Shown here: one piece after another, positions 41,238 to 54,392 of the stretch | Layout of the letters: every line of letters begins with the position of its first letter | Numbering within the stretch: the stretch's first letter is position 1 | Origin: Octopus vulgaris | Taxonomy: Eukaryota | Direction of reading: 5' to 3' | Length of the DNA stretch: 64,000 nucleotides | NCBI GenBank assembly: GCA_951406725.2 | Contig: OX597823.1 | Coordinates: 67,270,001 to 67,334,000 of the forward strand | Position numbers and translations under genes: made by a program | The notes under the pieces: model-generated | The model's database searches: none | Seen by the model: only the letters and a program-made list of their open reading frames with translations | What the model was told of the DNA's origin: nothing

Positions 41238-41625
41238 CTCTTTACTCTCTTTTTACTCTTTTACTTGTTTCAGTCAGTTGCCTGCGGCCATGCTGGAGCA
41301 CGGCCTTTAGTCGAGCAAATCGACCTCGGGACTTATTCTTTGTAAGCCGAGTACTTATTCTATCAGTCGCTTTTGCCGAACCGCTAAGTGACGGGGACGT
41401 AAACACACCAGTATCGGTTGTCAAGCAATGCTAGGGGGACAAACACACGCATACATATATACGACAGACTTCTTTCAGTTTCCGTCTACCAAATCCACTC
41501 GCAAGGCATTGGTCGGCCTGGGGCTATAGCAGAAGACACTTGCCCAAGAATGCCACGCAGTGGGACTGAACCCGGAACCATGTGGTTGGTTAGCAAGCTA
41601 CTTACCACACAGCCACTCCTGCGCC
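41236..41625 (-). mobile_element. SINE family B, full length
   Basis: Complete head, body and tail. Confidence 0.92.
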
Positions 41626-41894
41626 TATATTATATTGTGGCAGCGGTGGGGGATATATATATATATATATATATCTATATATATGTACATATGTTTGTGC
41701 GTGTGTGAAAGCGCGTGGATTTTTGGTTAAGGTATTCATCTGGCGATCTTACATTTGAAAGTTCCATACTCGGCAGCGCGTTGGTTCCTTGGGCATGTCA
41801 CTTTATTTCACGTTGCTCCAGTACACTCACCTGGCAAAAATGATTTCAAAAAGGCCATCTTTGTCACATCCTGTATCATGCACACTCAATAATA

Positions 41895-42006
<112 letters not shown>

Positions 42007-42189
42007 ATTTCGCGTGAAGCATTGTGTATTGTGTGCAAAGAATTATTTTTTTCGAATGTTAAAACAATGCACTATAATAAAAACAATGGGCTATATAGCT
42101 GTTGTAATTTAACCATCCATTGTCTGATAATATTGCGACATATTATCAGACAGTGGATGGTTAAATCACAACAGGTATATAGCCTATTG

Positions 42190-42419
42190 AAGGCGGCGAG
42201 CTGGCAGAAATGTTAGAACGCCGGGCGAAATGCTGAGCGGTATTTCGTCTGTCGTGACGTTGTGAGTTCAAATTCCGCCGAGGTCGACTTTGCCTTTCAT
42301 CCTTTCTGGGTCGATAAATTAAGCACCAGTTACGCACTGGGGTCGATGTAATCGACTAAATATTTGTCTGTCCTTGTTTTTCCGCTCTATATTTAGCCTC
42401 TTGTGGGTAATAAAGAAAT
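42190..42419 (+). mobile_element. SINE family A (tail A)
   Basis: 17-bp TSD aggtatatagcc(t/c)attg. Confidence 0.93.
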
Positions 42420-42591
42420 AGGTATATAGCCCATTGTTCTTATTGTAGTGCATTGTTTTACCACTCGAAACATTTTATTCGTTATATATATATATATATA
42501 TATACGCAGAAGTATTTGTTTATATCATTCGTCCTTCATCTTTTATTTGCTTCAGTTATTAAACCGCGGCCATGCTGGGGCAGCACCGTGA

Positions 42592-42795
<204 letters not shown>

Positions 42796-43339
42796 TAGTG
42801 GTTAGGGTGTTGGGCCTATGATTGTAAGATTGTGTTTTCCACTCCTGAACTAGATAACGTTTTGTGTTCTTGAGCAAAACACTTCATTCCACGAGGAGGA
42901 AGGAGGAGGATGTATGTATATGCTTTAGAATGTATAACTAGTAACACTGCTGGGAAATTCAGAACATAAAAATGACAATTACAACGATATATATTGTAAC
43001 CGATATTTCAAACTGCTATTCAAGGCAAAATTCTTTCGGAAATGCTATTCAGACAGACAGATTTTTATCCCAAAGAAACCCTAGAATAATAAACTGTCGG
43101 AATTTCCGTCTGAGTTTCGAGAAAATAAATTTCTTTCATTTATCTTCGTTATCTCGCCAGCAAGGCATAGAGTTATACGAATGACAGCGATGGAGTACTG
43201 GAGTATATCTACCGTTACACAATTCTCGTATTGACAGCTTGACGTAACATATGCAGTGCAACTCAAACTAACTTGTTTTGGCATATAAAAAATAAACATC
43301 CATCGATGGCATTATTTACATATATATTTGTGCGTGTGT

Positions 43340-43402
<63 letters not shown>

Positions 43403-45861
43403 GCAGTATCTTAAGAAATTAAGATGTTTCATTAAAATTTATATATATATATATATATATACATTATCTATCAGGAATAATATAGCTCCCGCGCTAATCA
43501 ATCTTTTTTAAAGGGTAGCCGTTGGTCGAAAGAAAGTTGGCTGCTATTTCAAGCAGATCGAGAAACCACATGGAATCTATTGCGTTTTTTTTTTTTAATC
43601 ATAGGCTGAAAGAAATTTAGTTTTTGAACCAGACTGGGTCTGTTAAATATGACATCGATCAGAGTAGAACTTGAAGTACATAAAACGTTTAAAGGAAGTC
43701 TCAAAGAAAGTATAAAATTGAGGCCGGTACCCTTGTAGCACAAGTCATTACCGGGACGATACCTCTGTTTTGCGGGTTAAGAAAAGGAACTGTTTTTCTT
43801 GGTGCCAATTTTGCGGCCCACTGTGTGGCGAAGAATATTTATTTAATTATAGATAATTAATTTGGTAATTTGTTGAATTCCGTCATATGATCTAAGAAGT
43901 GAATTAAAAAAATAATATTCCTGTTAAAGTATATATTTTCATTTTCAAATTTTATATCAACTTCAAGATTAAAGTATGAAAATTACATATATAAAAACAC
44001 ACACACACATACACACACGTATGTGTATGTGCGTATGTGTGTGCATCTGTTCGCGCGTGCAAGTGCGCGAGTGTGTATGCATACATACATATATATATAT
44101 TTATATATATATATTACTCGCACACAGATTTACACATGCATGTACATGTTCAAAGGCACACACATACACACATGTATAGATAGATAAAACGACTAATTAC
44201 CAGGTGAAAATATTGTTGATAATGGCATCTAATGATAGTGGCATTTCATCTATTCAATATGACAAGATAAGATGACAAATAACTTAGCCTAGTCAGAATA
44301 AAACAATAACAGCCTAACGAGGTAGTAAAATTGGCATTGCAACGTCACTCTCACTATTCAAACTCTGGGCACTGATGCTCTGATTCCTCTCTCTTTCTCT
44401 GATTCTACTGTACTATAATATGACCTCTACTTCTCGGAGCTGTACCACCATTGCCAAGGATTTCTCTACCTACTGGTCTTTCATCCTGATTACCACCCTC
44501 TGGTCTTTCATCCTGATTACCCCCCTCGTTGTGCTTGATACCTTCTTAGGTCCATCACTGATTACTATGGTTAGTTCTTTTCTCCTAGAACGACGGCAAT
44601 CTGGAATCCCTTCCCGGCTCATTATTTCCCCTCGGCTATTGACTTAGAAACGTTCAAGAGAAATGTTAATGGTATCCATCTCACAGGCGTAGGAGGACCT
44701 GCAAAGATCATAGGTACTGTTGTCTGTACTCATTTAAAAAAGACAACAAAACAAAAAAAGGTAATTTAATGAGTCCATCTACATGCAAATTTTAAATTTC
44801 TGTTTTTGATTTAATCGTCACTATAGAGCTTCGATGACAAAAGTTTCCAAATGAAGTGCCGCAACACACTTGATTGTTACAGCTGTCTTAGAGAGAAGTC
44901 AAGGTTGAAGTGAGGTTTTAAATGTAAGATAAATGTTACTAGTATTAATGAGACTTAATGCTTTGCTTAATAAGGTGCGACTAGTATTAGGTTTTGCTGT
45001 ATAAAACAGTAGCAGTCCCAGGTGGAGAATTGACAGCGGACGATATTTGCGTTCTGAATGTGCTGTCTGCGACAACACTGCTCCTAAACTGTATCAGCCT
45101 TTAAAAAAGATCTTTTTCCTTTGGTCAGCAATAATGTGATGGGTGTCTTGTCAACTGCTAGTCTCACAGAAAATGTTTTGCCCAGGTCGGTACATGCAGC
45201 TACAGGCATATGGTGAACCCTGACTAACAGGATCCCTAACTTCAGTATTCGTGCAATTAGGATGTTATGTACCTTAAGCTTTCGGATATAGAGTGACAAT
45301 ATCACAAAAACTGTTGAAACCACTGTTCTAAGATATGCAAAATTCGTATCCGAATGTTATAAGATTTTTAGATAAATTTTAAAAACTGGAAACAACTTTC
45401 CTCTTTTGTCAATAACATGTCTCTGAAATGAATTCGTACTATGGGAAGAAAATCTTTTAAGATAAAACATTAATTCAGAAAGCAACAGAATATTCTTGAA
45501 AACAATTTCGTGTATTTATATAAGATTTTTTGTTTCATCCAAGATGAAATTCCTTAACAGGTTAGCAACAAGACTAGAAAATATATAGGTTAGGACTATA
45601 CATATGAGAAAGATTTAAATATTATGGCAGGAATAGATATTGTAAAGATATTTTGTGGAAAGCTGAAATCTGAATCTGTAACATATTTTTGCTATACCAA
45701 ACAATACTTTAAAAGAAATGTAACTGAACCCGATCGGATTCACTTGCTTCATGGAACATCATGAGATTATAAATCTAATCTGAGAAATATGAAAACAAAC
45801 TTACGTTCAAAATAAGTAGAATTCGATAGAAGAGTTAGTTAGTTTGATGGTAGTTAACATG

Positions 45862-46094
45862 AAGGCGGCGAGCTGGCAGAATCGTTAGCACGTCGGGCGA
45901 AATGCTTAGCGGTATTTCGGCTGCCGTTACGTTGTGAGTTCAAATTCCGCCGAGGTCGACTTTGCCTTTCATCCTTTCGGGGTCGATAAATTAAGTACCA
46001 GTTACGCACTGGGGTCGATGTAATCGACTTAATACCTATGTCTGTCCATGTTTGTCCCCTCTATGTTTAGCCCCTTGTGGGTAACAAAGAAATA
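45862..46094 (+). mobile_element. SINE family A (tail A)
   Basis: 13-bp TSD ggtagttaacatg. Confidence 0.93.
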
Positions 46095-47060
46095 GGTAGT
46101 TAACATGTAAACGTTTACATCCTTAACGGGAGGAAAAAAAGCAATTATCGTAATAATTAATGCTTATAAGGCAAAGCAGAAGAAACTCCAAGATTGAAAT
46201 AAAAAAATTACTTAAGAGTCTGAGTAAGGAATAAGGAGTCATATTTCGGACTACAGTGACTATTAAATGAAGTCAGTGAAGCAGGATCTAACTGACTTTT
46301 AGATAACTAGAGATAATTAGAGAAATAGTATACAAGATTTTAGTGATGCTGTCGAGTAAGTAGCCGCCCAAAAAACAACAACGCCGGTAACAATAACAAG
46401 TACAGGACCATTAGTAGCCTGTACATAGTCTCTTGAAAATTCACTCCCTGAAATCACTTACTGCCATCGAAAAAGAGGACGTACGCCAAATACTAAATAA
46501 TGACGCATCTTCCATTACCACAATACTGTGTTCGTTGGACTGTTCGACAACCCCGACCACTCTGATCAACACGATCACCACGACCAGCAGCAGCAGCGCC
46601 GACACTAGCACTAGCACCAGCGCCAGCACCAGCACCAGCAGCAATACCAGCACCACCAACAACAACAACAACAACGACAGTTATCTTGAAACATTTTTCC
46701 AAAGTTAGCTCTGGTTAATTTAAAAGCTGCAATCAAAGACGACCAACTCGGGCCATCACCTCATTTTAGACACCCAATGTGTCATTACGTTTTTATAAAT
46801 ACAAAATAGCAGCAAAATTGGCAACTTTTGCTATTTTTTTAGACATAAGCAAAAGTTACACGACAGAATGATATAGAAAACATTCTCCGGTTTAAAAAAA
46901 TGCTCTCGCCCTAAAACAATAGACAAAAAAAATCCTCAAAACTTAGTACAACGTCAGAAAGTTCAGAGAGAGTGGGTAAGTCGATTACATCCACCCTTAT
47001 GAAAAGCACAGTCGACCTCGGCGGAATTTGGACTCAGAACGTTGAGAAAAACAAAATACG

Positions 47061-47438
47061 TTTCTGCTCTAGGCACAAGGTCTGAAATTTGGGGGGAGGG
47101 GGCAGTCGATTTGATCTACCCAGTACGCAACTGGTATTTAATTTTTCGACCCCGAAAGGATGAAAGGCAAAGTCGACCTCGGAGGAATTTGAACTCAGAA
47201 CGTAGAGACAGACGAAATACCTATTTCTTTACTACCCACAAGGGGCTAAAAACAGAGAGGACAAACAAAAACATACAAACGGATTAAGTCGATTACATCG
47301 ACCCCAGTGTGTAACTGGTACTTATTTAATCGATCCCGAAAGGATGAAAGGCAAAGTTGACCTCGGAACGTATCGGCAGACGAAATACTGCAAAGCATTT
47401 CGTCCGGCGTGCTAACTTTTCTGCCAGCTCGCCGTCTT
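47061..47438 (-). mobile_element. Chimeric SINE family A dimer (tail A unit followed by tail B unit)
   Basis: Junction aaagaaataggtatttcgtc at about 47211-47230, at the same position as in the 12766 dimer. Confidence 0.85.
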
Positions 47439-47699
47439 AAAAGAGCGACTAAATTAAGTGATAATTTAAAGAAGGAATTTACATGTGACAAAAATTGAAA
47501 TTAATATAATTAAGAAAATGAATAAATCAACAGATAAATAAATATACAGATAAATTAAACGAGCAGATAATAAATACGTAAATAAATAAAAGTATCACCG
47601 TCTCGGTTATTAGTACCACCACCTCAGCACAAAATGATTAATTAGCAAAGACAAACGTGATCCTGTAGGCCGTCAGTACATTCGTGTCTGCGCAGTGTA

Positions 47700-47792
47700 T
47701 AATGAGGGCGTTGGAGATAATGGGGAGGATGGGGGTTGACGACGATGAGGGAGACGAAGGAGAAAAAGATGAGGAAATGGAAGAGTGACAAT

Positions 47793-47842
<50 letters not shown>

Positions 47843-49030
47843 ATAGTAAAGAAGAAGAAAATGGTAATGAAGAATGAAGATGGTGGTGATGATAATGATT
47901 ATGGTAATGATGGGAGGAGTGGTGGGGACGGGGGGACTGGTGGGACGGGACGGGGGAGGAGAGGATGGTGATAGTAATGATGGAGGTGGTTGTGATGGTT
48001 TTGATGATGATGATGATGATGATGAAGAAGGCCAGAAACGCTGATGCAAAGGATATTCGGTAATGAAGAGACGAACAATGATGATGGCTGCGACGGTTAT
48101 GATGATGATGATGATGATGATGATGACTATGCTGATGATGATGATGATGATCACCACCACCGGGACATGAGGAGGAGGGGGAGGAGGAGGGAGGAGGCGG
48201 CGGGGAGGGGAGGGGGAGGCAATAGAGGATATGTAGGTCACCCAACCGATGAGGAAGAGAGCGGAAATGTTACTGGATATTTCGTTGATGGTGTTGGTGG
48301 TGGTTACTGTGGTGCGTTGTTGTTGTGGTTGGTGGTGGTGGTGGTGGTGGTGGTGATGTTGGTGTAGATGATGGTGAGGAGAAAATATTCCTGTTGATAG
48401 CAATGGAATTTGTTAAATGATTAAGTTGATATGTGGATGGTAGAGGGTTTATAATGGTGACCATTGCGTTTTATGACAGCGACAACAATAAGAACATCAA
48501 CAACGGTGACAATGACGATGATAGCGGTGATAATGATAATGACGAAGATGACATTTATGAGATTGATGAGGATGTTGTTGATGCTGGTGCCAACGTTGAT
48601 GATGATGATGATGATGATTATCATCCTGACGACGATTATAATGATGATGTTTGTGAGGATAAAGAAAATGATGGGGGGATATGATGTTGATGTTATTGGT
48701 GATGATGATGACGATGACGATGACGATGATGATGATGATGATGGTGATAACGATGAAGATGTCGATGAAAGGAATGATTATGAAAACGATAATGAAGATG
48801 ACTTTTAGAGGATTATGAGGATGTTGTTACTGTTAGTGATGACTATGATGATGATGATGATGATGATGATAGTGGTGGTAATAACGCTTGTGATGATGAT
48901 GGCGATGATAATGAGGGAAATAATGTTGGTGCTGCTGATAAAGATGATGAGAATGGCGATGATAACGACGGCGAAGACGAAAATATTAACGGTAGTAATG
49001 ATGATGAAAGTAGTAACAAGATGAAGACGG

Positions 49031-49062
<32 letters not shown>

Positions 49063-49300
49063 GGAAGATCCTGACAATGACGATAACAATGATGATGGTG
49101 ATGATGACGATGGCGATGATGATGACGACAATGATGATGGTGATGATGACGATAACAATGATGATGGTGATGATGACGATGGCGATGATGATGAGGATGG
49201 CGATGATGATGATGATGATGATGATGACGACGACGACGACGACACAACGATGATGATGGTGATGATAACGAACACAGCAGTGATGTGGATGATAATAAAT
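47700..49300. repeat. Low-complexity trinucleotide field (GAT/GAC/GGT/GAG/TAG), about 1.6 kb
   Basis: Direct reading; includes higher-order repeats near 49075-49200. Confidence 0.9.
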
Positions 49301-49430
49301 TAAATTATATGGCTTGCTACAATAAATTTGATTTATTTTAGACGAAATAGATTAATCAAATCAATTCTATTTTTCGATAACTATTGGCCTGCGTATGCAT
49401 GCGTGCATGCATGTGCGTGTACGTGTGTGT

Positions 49431-49469
<39 letters not shown>

Positions 49470-50229
49470 CGCTTGTGTGTATGTGTGGGTGTGGGCATAT
49501 CACCCTTCCTGTAGACATTCTTTCTGCAGGTATACGCACATATGCATAGATATACGTGTGTTGCGTGAATTGCTTGGTATGCCTCTGTTAGTGCGTATGT
49601 ACATATACATGTATACACACATACACACATGTATGTGTGTGTGTGAGTGTGTGTACTGTATGTATAGAAAAAGTTGCGTAAATATATTATCCCTGTAGTT
49701 ATTTTGTGAATGCAACGTTAACAATATTTCGTGTTTGTTTATACTCATGTTTACACGTAGATACACCTACGCACCTGCCTAGATTCATATACACATATAC
49801 ACATATATGTATCCATGCATATTTACATATATTCCAAAAGTTAAGTATGTTTTATGAACTCAGTCACACGTATAGATGTACAAATATATGTATATACAAA
49901 TATACGTATATGTACACATATGTAAGTAAAAATACACAGATTCAACCACAAAGATCTATATGCACACATTTATACATGTTTTCATACATGCACGCATTCT
50001 TAAAACCGTACATAAATTCATACATACATGCGTAAATGGCAACCCATTTGCTGTCTACATTCATTGAGTTATAAACCGACTCTTTGTCCATCGGCAAGAA
50101 ATTTGATAACTACAATAAATACAACCAAAATATTTATATACATTCAGACACTCGTCGAGGCCTACATGAATGCAGAGACGCAGCAAATCAACTTGATTAA
50201 AGATACACGAATTATTTCTATTAATATTA

Positions 50230-51317
50230 TTACCAGCAAAAGTACCACCTTCCGGGGGCGGTTTTCTGATAGTTTATATGTGTATGTACACTTCGAAATA
50301 AATGGTAATCTGATAGTGCAAGTTCACGGCTGTATGGTGCCTGTGGCATCGCTTCCCAACCAAGCTTCAATAATCTTTCACGAGTTAGCAAAGACCTGTG
50401 TTGTCTAGTGTTGTCATGGTGGAACACGATTCCTTTACGATTTGCTAATTCTGGCCGTGTTTTCTTTGATTGCTGCCACCAGTTTCATTAGTTGTTGACA
50501 GTAAACATCTGAACTGATCCTTTCGTTCATTGGAAGCAGCTCAAAATACACAACACAAATTTTGTAATCCCACCAAAATGACAGCATGATCGTTTTTTTG
50601 GTGCAATTCAGCTTTCGATGTGGTTTGTGCAAGTTCAATGCGCTTGGACCATAATCCTTTTCGATTGATGTTATTGTAGAGAATCTCTTTTTCATCACCA
50701 GTGATGATTCGTTTCATAAAAAAAGATCGATTTCATTGCGTTTGAGATGCATATCGCAAATATTGTTTCACTGTGTTAAGTGAATCTCTTTCAGTTTATG
50801 TGGAACCCAAATATCGAGCTTCTTAACGAGTCCAAGACATTTTAATTGATTTTAAATTGTGTGTGATACATTTAACCTCTCTGCAATATCTCACACTGTT
50901 ACATAACAATTAAATTCAAACATGGCTTTAATTCGGTCGTCATCAACTTCAGTAGGTCGACGAGAACGTTGATCATCTTCGAGTGACAAATCTCCAGAAC
51001 GGAATTTTTTTAACCATTTCTGAATTGTGCGTTCTGTTAAGCAATCAACACAATAAAATTCACATATCTTTTTGTGAACCTCAACGGCTTTCTTGCCTTT
51101 ACAAAAATAGAAAAGCAAAATATGGCGAACATGTTCGTTTTGCAGACCATGTTAAAACTGACACTGAACTAACAGCAGTAAAATAAAATCAAACGCAATT
51201 TGTTTCTCAAGTAAGCTAAAGGTAAGGCTATCAAATGTCATAAGGAAAAATCATATAATTGACAAAAGTCATTTTTAAAAATCGTAACTCTCTTTGTGAA
51301 AAACGAAATTACTTTCT

Positions 51318-51322
<5 letters not shown>
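50230..51322 (-). mobile_element. Decayed mariner element (3' end lost)
   Basis: LLFYFCKGKKAVEVHKKICE..WLKKFRSGDLSLEDDQRSRRP; WVPHKL; ITGDEK; MLSFWWDYK; FHHDNTRQH; PYSRELALSDYHLFRS. Partial TIR next to (TA)n. Confidence 0.9.
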
Positions 51323-51365
<43 letters not shown>

Positions 51366-51368
<3 letters not shown>

Positions 51369-51452
51369 TGCGAACTCATATCACCCTTTTTGGATAGACT
51401 TGTGACTGGTGACGAAAAATGGATCTTGTATCGAAATGTTAAACAGAAAGCA
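51366..51452 (+). mobile_element. Small mariner transposase fragment
   Basis: PFLDRLVTGDEKWILYRNVK. Confidence 0.75.
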
Positions 51453-51622
51453 ATTTTTCAAAAAACAGAAATCTGTTACTCTGTGTTTCTTTCTGGTATT
51501 CTATAAGAACTTCCACTCTTCTCTGAAGTGAACTCTTTTTTTTTATTCTGTTAAAGTTAAAATATCACTTCCTGAATAGATCAACCTTTATATACCCTTA
51601 CTAAACAAACATAAGTGACATA

Positions 51623-52000
51623 GGCGCAGGAGTGGCTGTGTGGTAAGTAAGTTGCTTACCAACCACATGGTTCCGAGTTCATTCCTATTGCGTGGCACTT
51701 TGGGAAAGTGTCTTCTACTATAGCCTCGAGCCGACCAAAGCCTTGTGAGTGGATTTGGTAGACAGAAACTGAAAGAAGCCCGTCGTATATATGTACATGT
51801 ATATGTATGCGTGTGTATATGTTTGTGTGTCTGTGTTTGTCCCCCCAACATCGCTTGACAACCGATGATGGTGTGTTTACACCGATAGAATAAGTACTAG
51901 GCTTACAAAGAATAAGTCCTGGGGTCGATTTGCTCGACTAAAGGCGGTGCTCCAGCATGGCCGCAATCAAATGACTGAAACAAGTAAAAGAGTAAAAGAG
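51623..52000 (+). mobile_element. SINE family B with an internal deletion of about 35 bp
   Basis: Complete head and tail; lacks the gtccccgtaacttagcggttcggcaaaagag segment. Confidence 0.92.
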
Positions 52001-52694
52001 AGACATAAGATACACGAACCAATAGCTTCGTCCCTTCTCATATAAATGGAACAAATGACATGATGCTATACAACTAAAAAAAAACACGAGACTTCACAAA
52101 AACATGAACGTAAAATGCTTTAAAAAACGCACTGTTGACTTGGGAATCTGAACGACAGAGAAAACAGGCTCCGTTCACTAAAAACATGATTTTTTTAAAG
52201 TAAATTACGATTGTTTTCTTCTACTGCATAATCATTTTGATCTACAAGTAACAAATATTTAAGAAAATATCGTTATAAGACGTGTGATTTTTTTTCAATA
52301 TGTGATTTTTTCTCTCTCTTTCTCTCTTTTATTTTATTTTACATTTTATTATTTTTTTGTTTTTTTCTCTTTGTGGTGAGTGTGTAGACTAACTTGGTGA
52401 AAACATGCACTAATACGTTTTTAGTACAACTGTTATGTGAAAATATATCTTTGCATTTTTTGTTTTCATATATTCATAATACAAAAGTATTCAACTCTTA
52501 TGCTGAAACATTCCAAGTTTATTTGGAGTAAAACTTGACAAATATTATTTTTAGTATTTGTCAAAAATTTCGAGGATTTTCAACATTCGGTATTATTTTT
52601 TATACGTAGACATTCACGCGCGCGCGCACTTATACACTCATACATACATGCCAACATGCATATATATATGTATGTAGGTATGTATATATATGTA

Positions 52695-53948
52695 CGAGGG
52701 ACGTTCAATAAGTAATGCCTCTGACCCACTTGCAGTTGGTTGATCTAGCTGAGATTTATATCTCTATAGAGTAAGTGGCAAATTACAGGTCTGAATTAAT
52801 TGTGCTTTCTGATTTACAGGTGTTTGAACCGAGTCAAGTGTGAAATGGAGCCTGTTGAGTGTCGAGCAGTGATCCGGTTTTTGTATTTGAAAGGACGTAC
52901 ACCACGGGAGACTTTTGATGAAATGAAAGTAACTTATGGTGATGATGCCCCATCATATGACCTTGTAAAACGCTGGCATCGTGAATTCAAACATGGTCGG
53001 AACTCTGTGGAAACAGCTCCCAGATCTGGTCGCCCCTTCTGCCATTGATGAGGCATCTGTCCGTCAAGTTGAGGCTGCCATTTTGGAAGATCGACGCATA
53101 ATTATTCGCCAAATAGCCCATGAGGTCAAGATTAGTACCGGGTCTGTAGAAACTATCATTCATGACCATTTGCATATGCAAAAGGTGTCTGCTAGATGGA
53201 TTCCCAAGTTGCTCACGCCTTTCCAGAAGCAAGAACGCGTCGAGTGCTCTAGGGTGAATTTGGAGATGTGCCAAGAAGATGACTGATTACACAGGATGAA
53301 ACCTGGGTCCATCACGATGATCCAGAGACCAAAGCCCAGTCAATGCAGTGGAAGCACCGTGACTCACCCCATCCAAAGAAGGCAAGGGTGCAGCCCTCCG
53401 CTGGCAAGGTCATGCTCACAGTCTTCTGGGACCAGGACGGAGTAGTGATGACAGATTTCCTGGCAAAGGGTACCACAATTGCAGGAGCCTATTATGCTTC
53501 ACTTTTGAGGAAATTAAGAGAAGTTATCAAAATCAAGAGGCGGGGCAAGATCAGCAAAGGCATCCTCCTCCTGCAGGACAACGCTCCGGTCCACAACTCA
53601 CTTGTCGACAGATCAGAAGCACAGGCGTATGGCTATGAACTCCTCCTCATCCCCCCTACTTTCATGACCTTACACCCTCTGATTTTCACCTCTTCCCAAT
53701 CATGAAGTTGTTTTTGAAAGGAAAGCGTTTCCCAGATGATGCAGCCTTGATTTCTGAAGTCACGTTGAGGTTGGAGGACCAAGCTGGGTTCTTCTACAAA
53801 AACGGTCTCCAGAGCCGCATCAAACGATTGGAGAAATGCGTAACTCTGGGTGGTTCCTATGTAGAAAAAGACTAATAACTGTGCCAAGTTTCGTTGCTCT
53901 ACTGCTATGGGAAGTGGGTCAGGGGCATTACTTATTGAACGCCCCTCG
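52695..53948 (+). mobile_element. Full-length mariner transposon (irritans/Hsmar2-like termini) with inactivated transposase
   Basis: TA TSDs; TIRs cgagggacgttcaataagtaatgcc / ggcattacttattgaacgcccctcg. ORF from ATG 52845 to about 53875 with RAVIRFL, SARWIPKLL, QDETWV, LLQDNAPVH; frameshifts and a deletion near 53283. Confidence 0.95.
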
Positions 53949-54097
53949 TATATGCTCGAAATGGGAAGTAGATAGACAGCCGACAACTGATGAAGGGTCA
54001 TTCTTTGTATTAATTGTCCTTTGTTCTCTCGTTATTTGCGTATTTAACTCATTTGTTTTGGTATTTCATGTTGTTTACTGTTGATGATGTCCTGTAT

Positions 54098-54160
<63 letters not shown>

Positions 54161-54202
54161 TATTATTTATATTATTATAACACACACGCACGCACAGACA
54201 CA

Positions 54203-54392
54203 CGATAGGGTGCTGAAAAGTTCCCGACTTTGAGTAAAAGAAAATACAAGAGGATCAGTTTATTATGATTCTTACACTTATTGCAGTGGTCTTTCAGTTT
54301 TTCTAATCCCACAAAAGAACTCTGAAGGCTGAGCCTGCAACCAAACCTTTCGCAGTATCCTTAAGACCAGGAACTTTTCAGCACACTCTCGC
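54203..54392. mobile_element. Mariner-type MITE
   Basis: TIRs gtgctgaaaagttcc / ggaacttttcagcac. Confidence 0.7.

Noticed and set aside
43800-43826. CACAGTGGG on the minus strand, resembling a Transib terminus
   Set aside because: No partner terminus or transposase remnant found.
46433-46708. Ser/Thr/Asn-rich ORF
   Set aside because: Derived from (CAG/CAC/AAC)n repeats, with no gene context.
47673-49275. Poly-Asp, poly-His, poly-Ser and poly-Met ORFs
   Set aside because: Trinucleotide low-complexity field open in several frames on both strands, with no splice or domain evidence.
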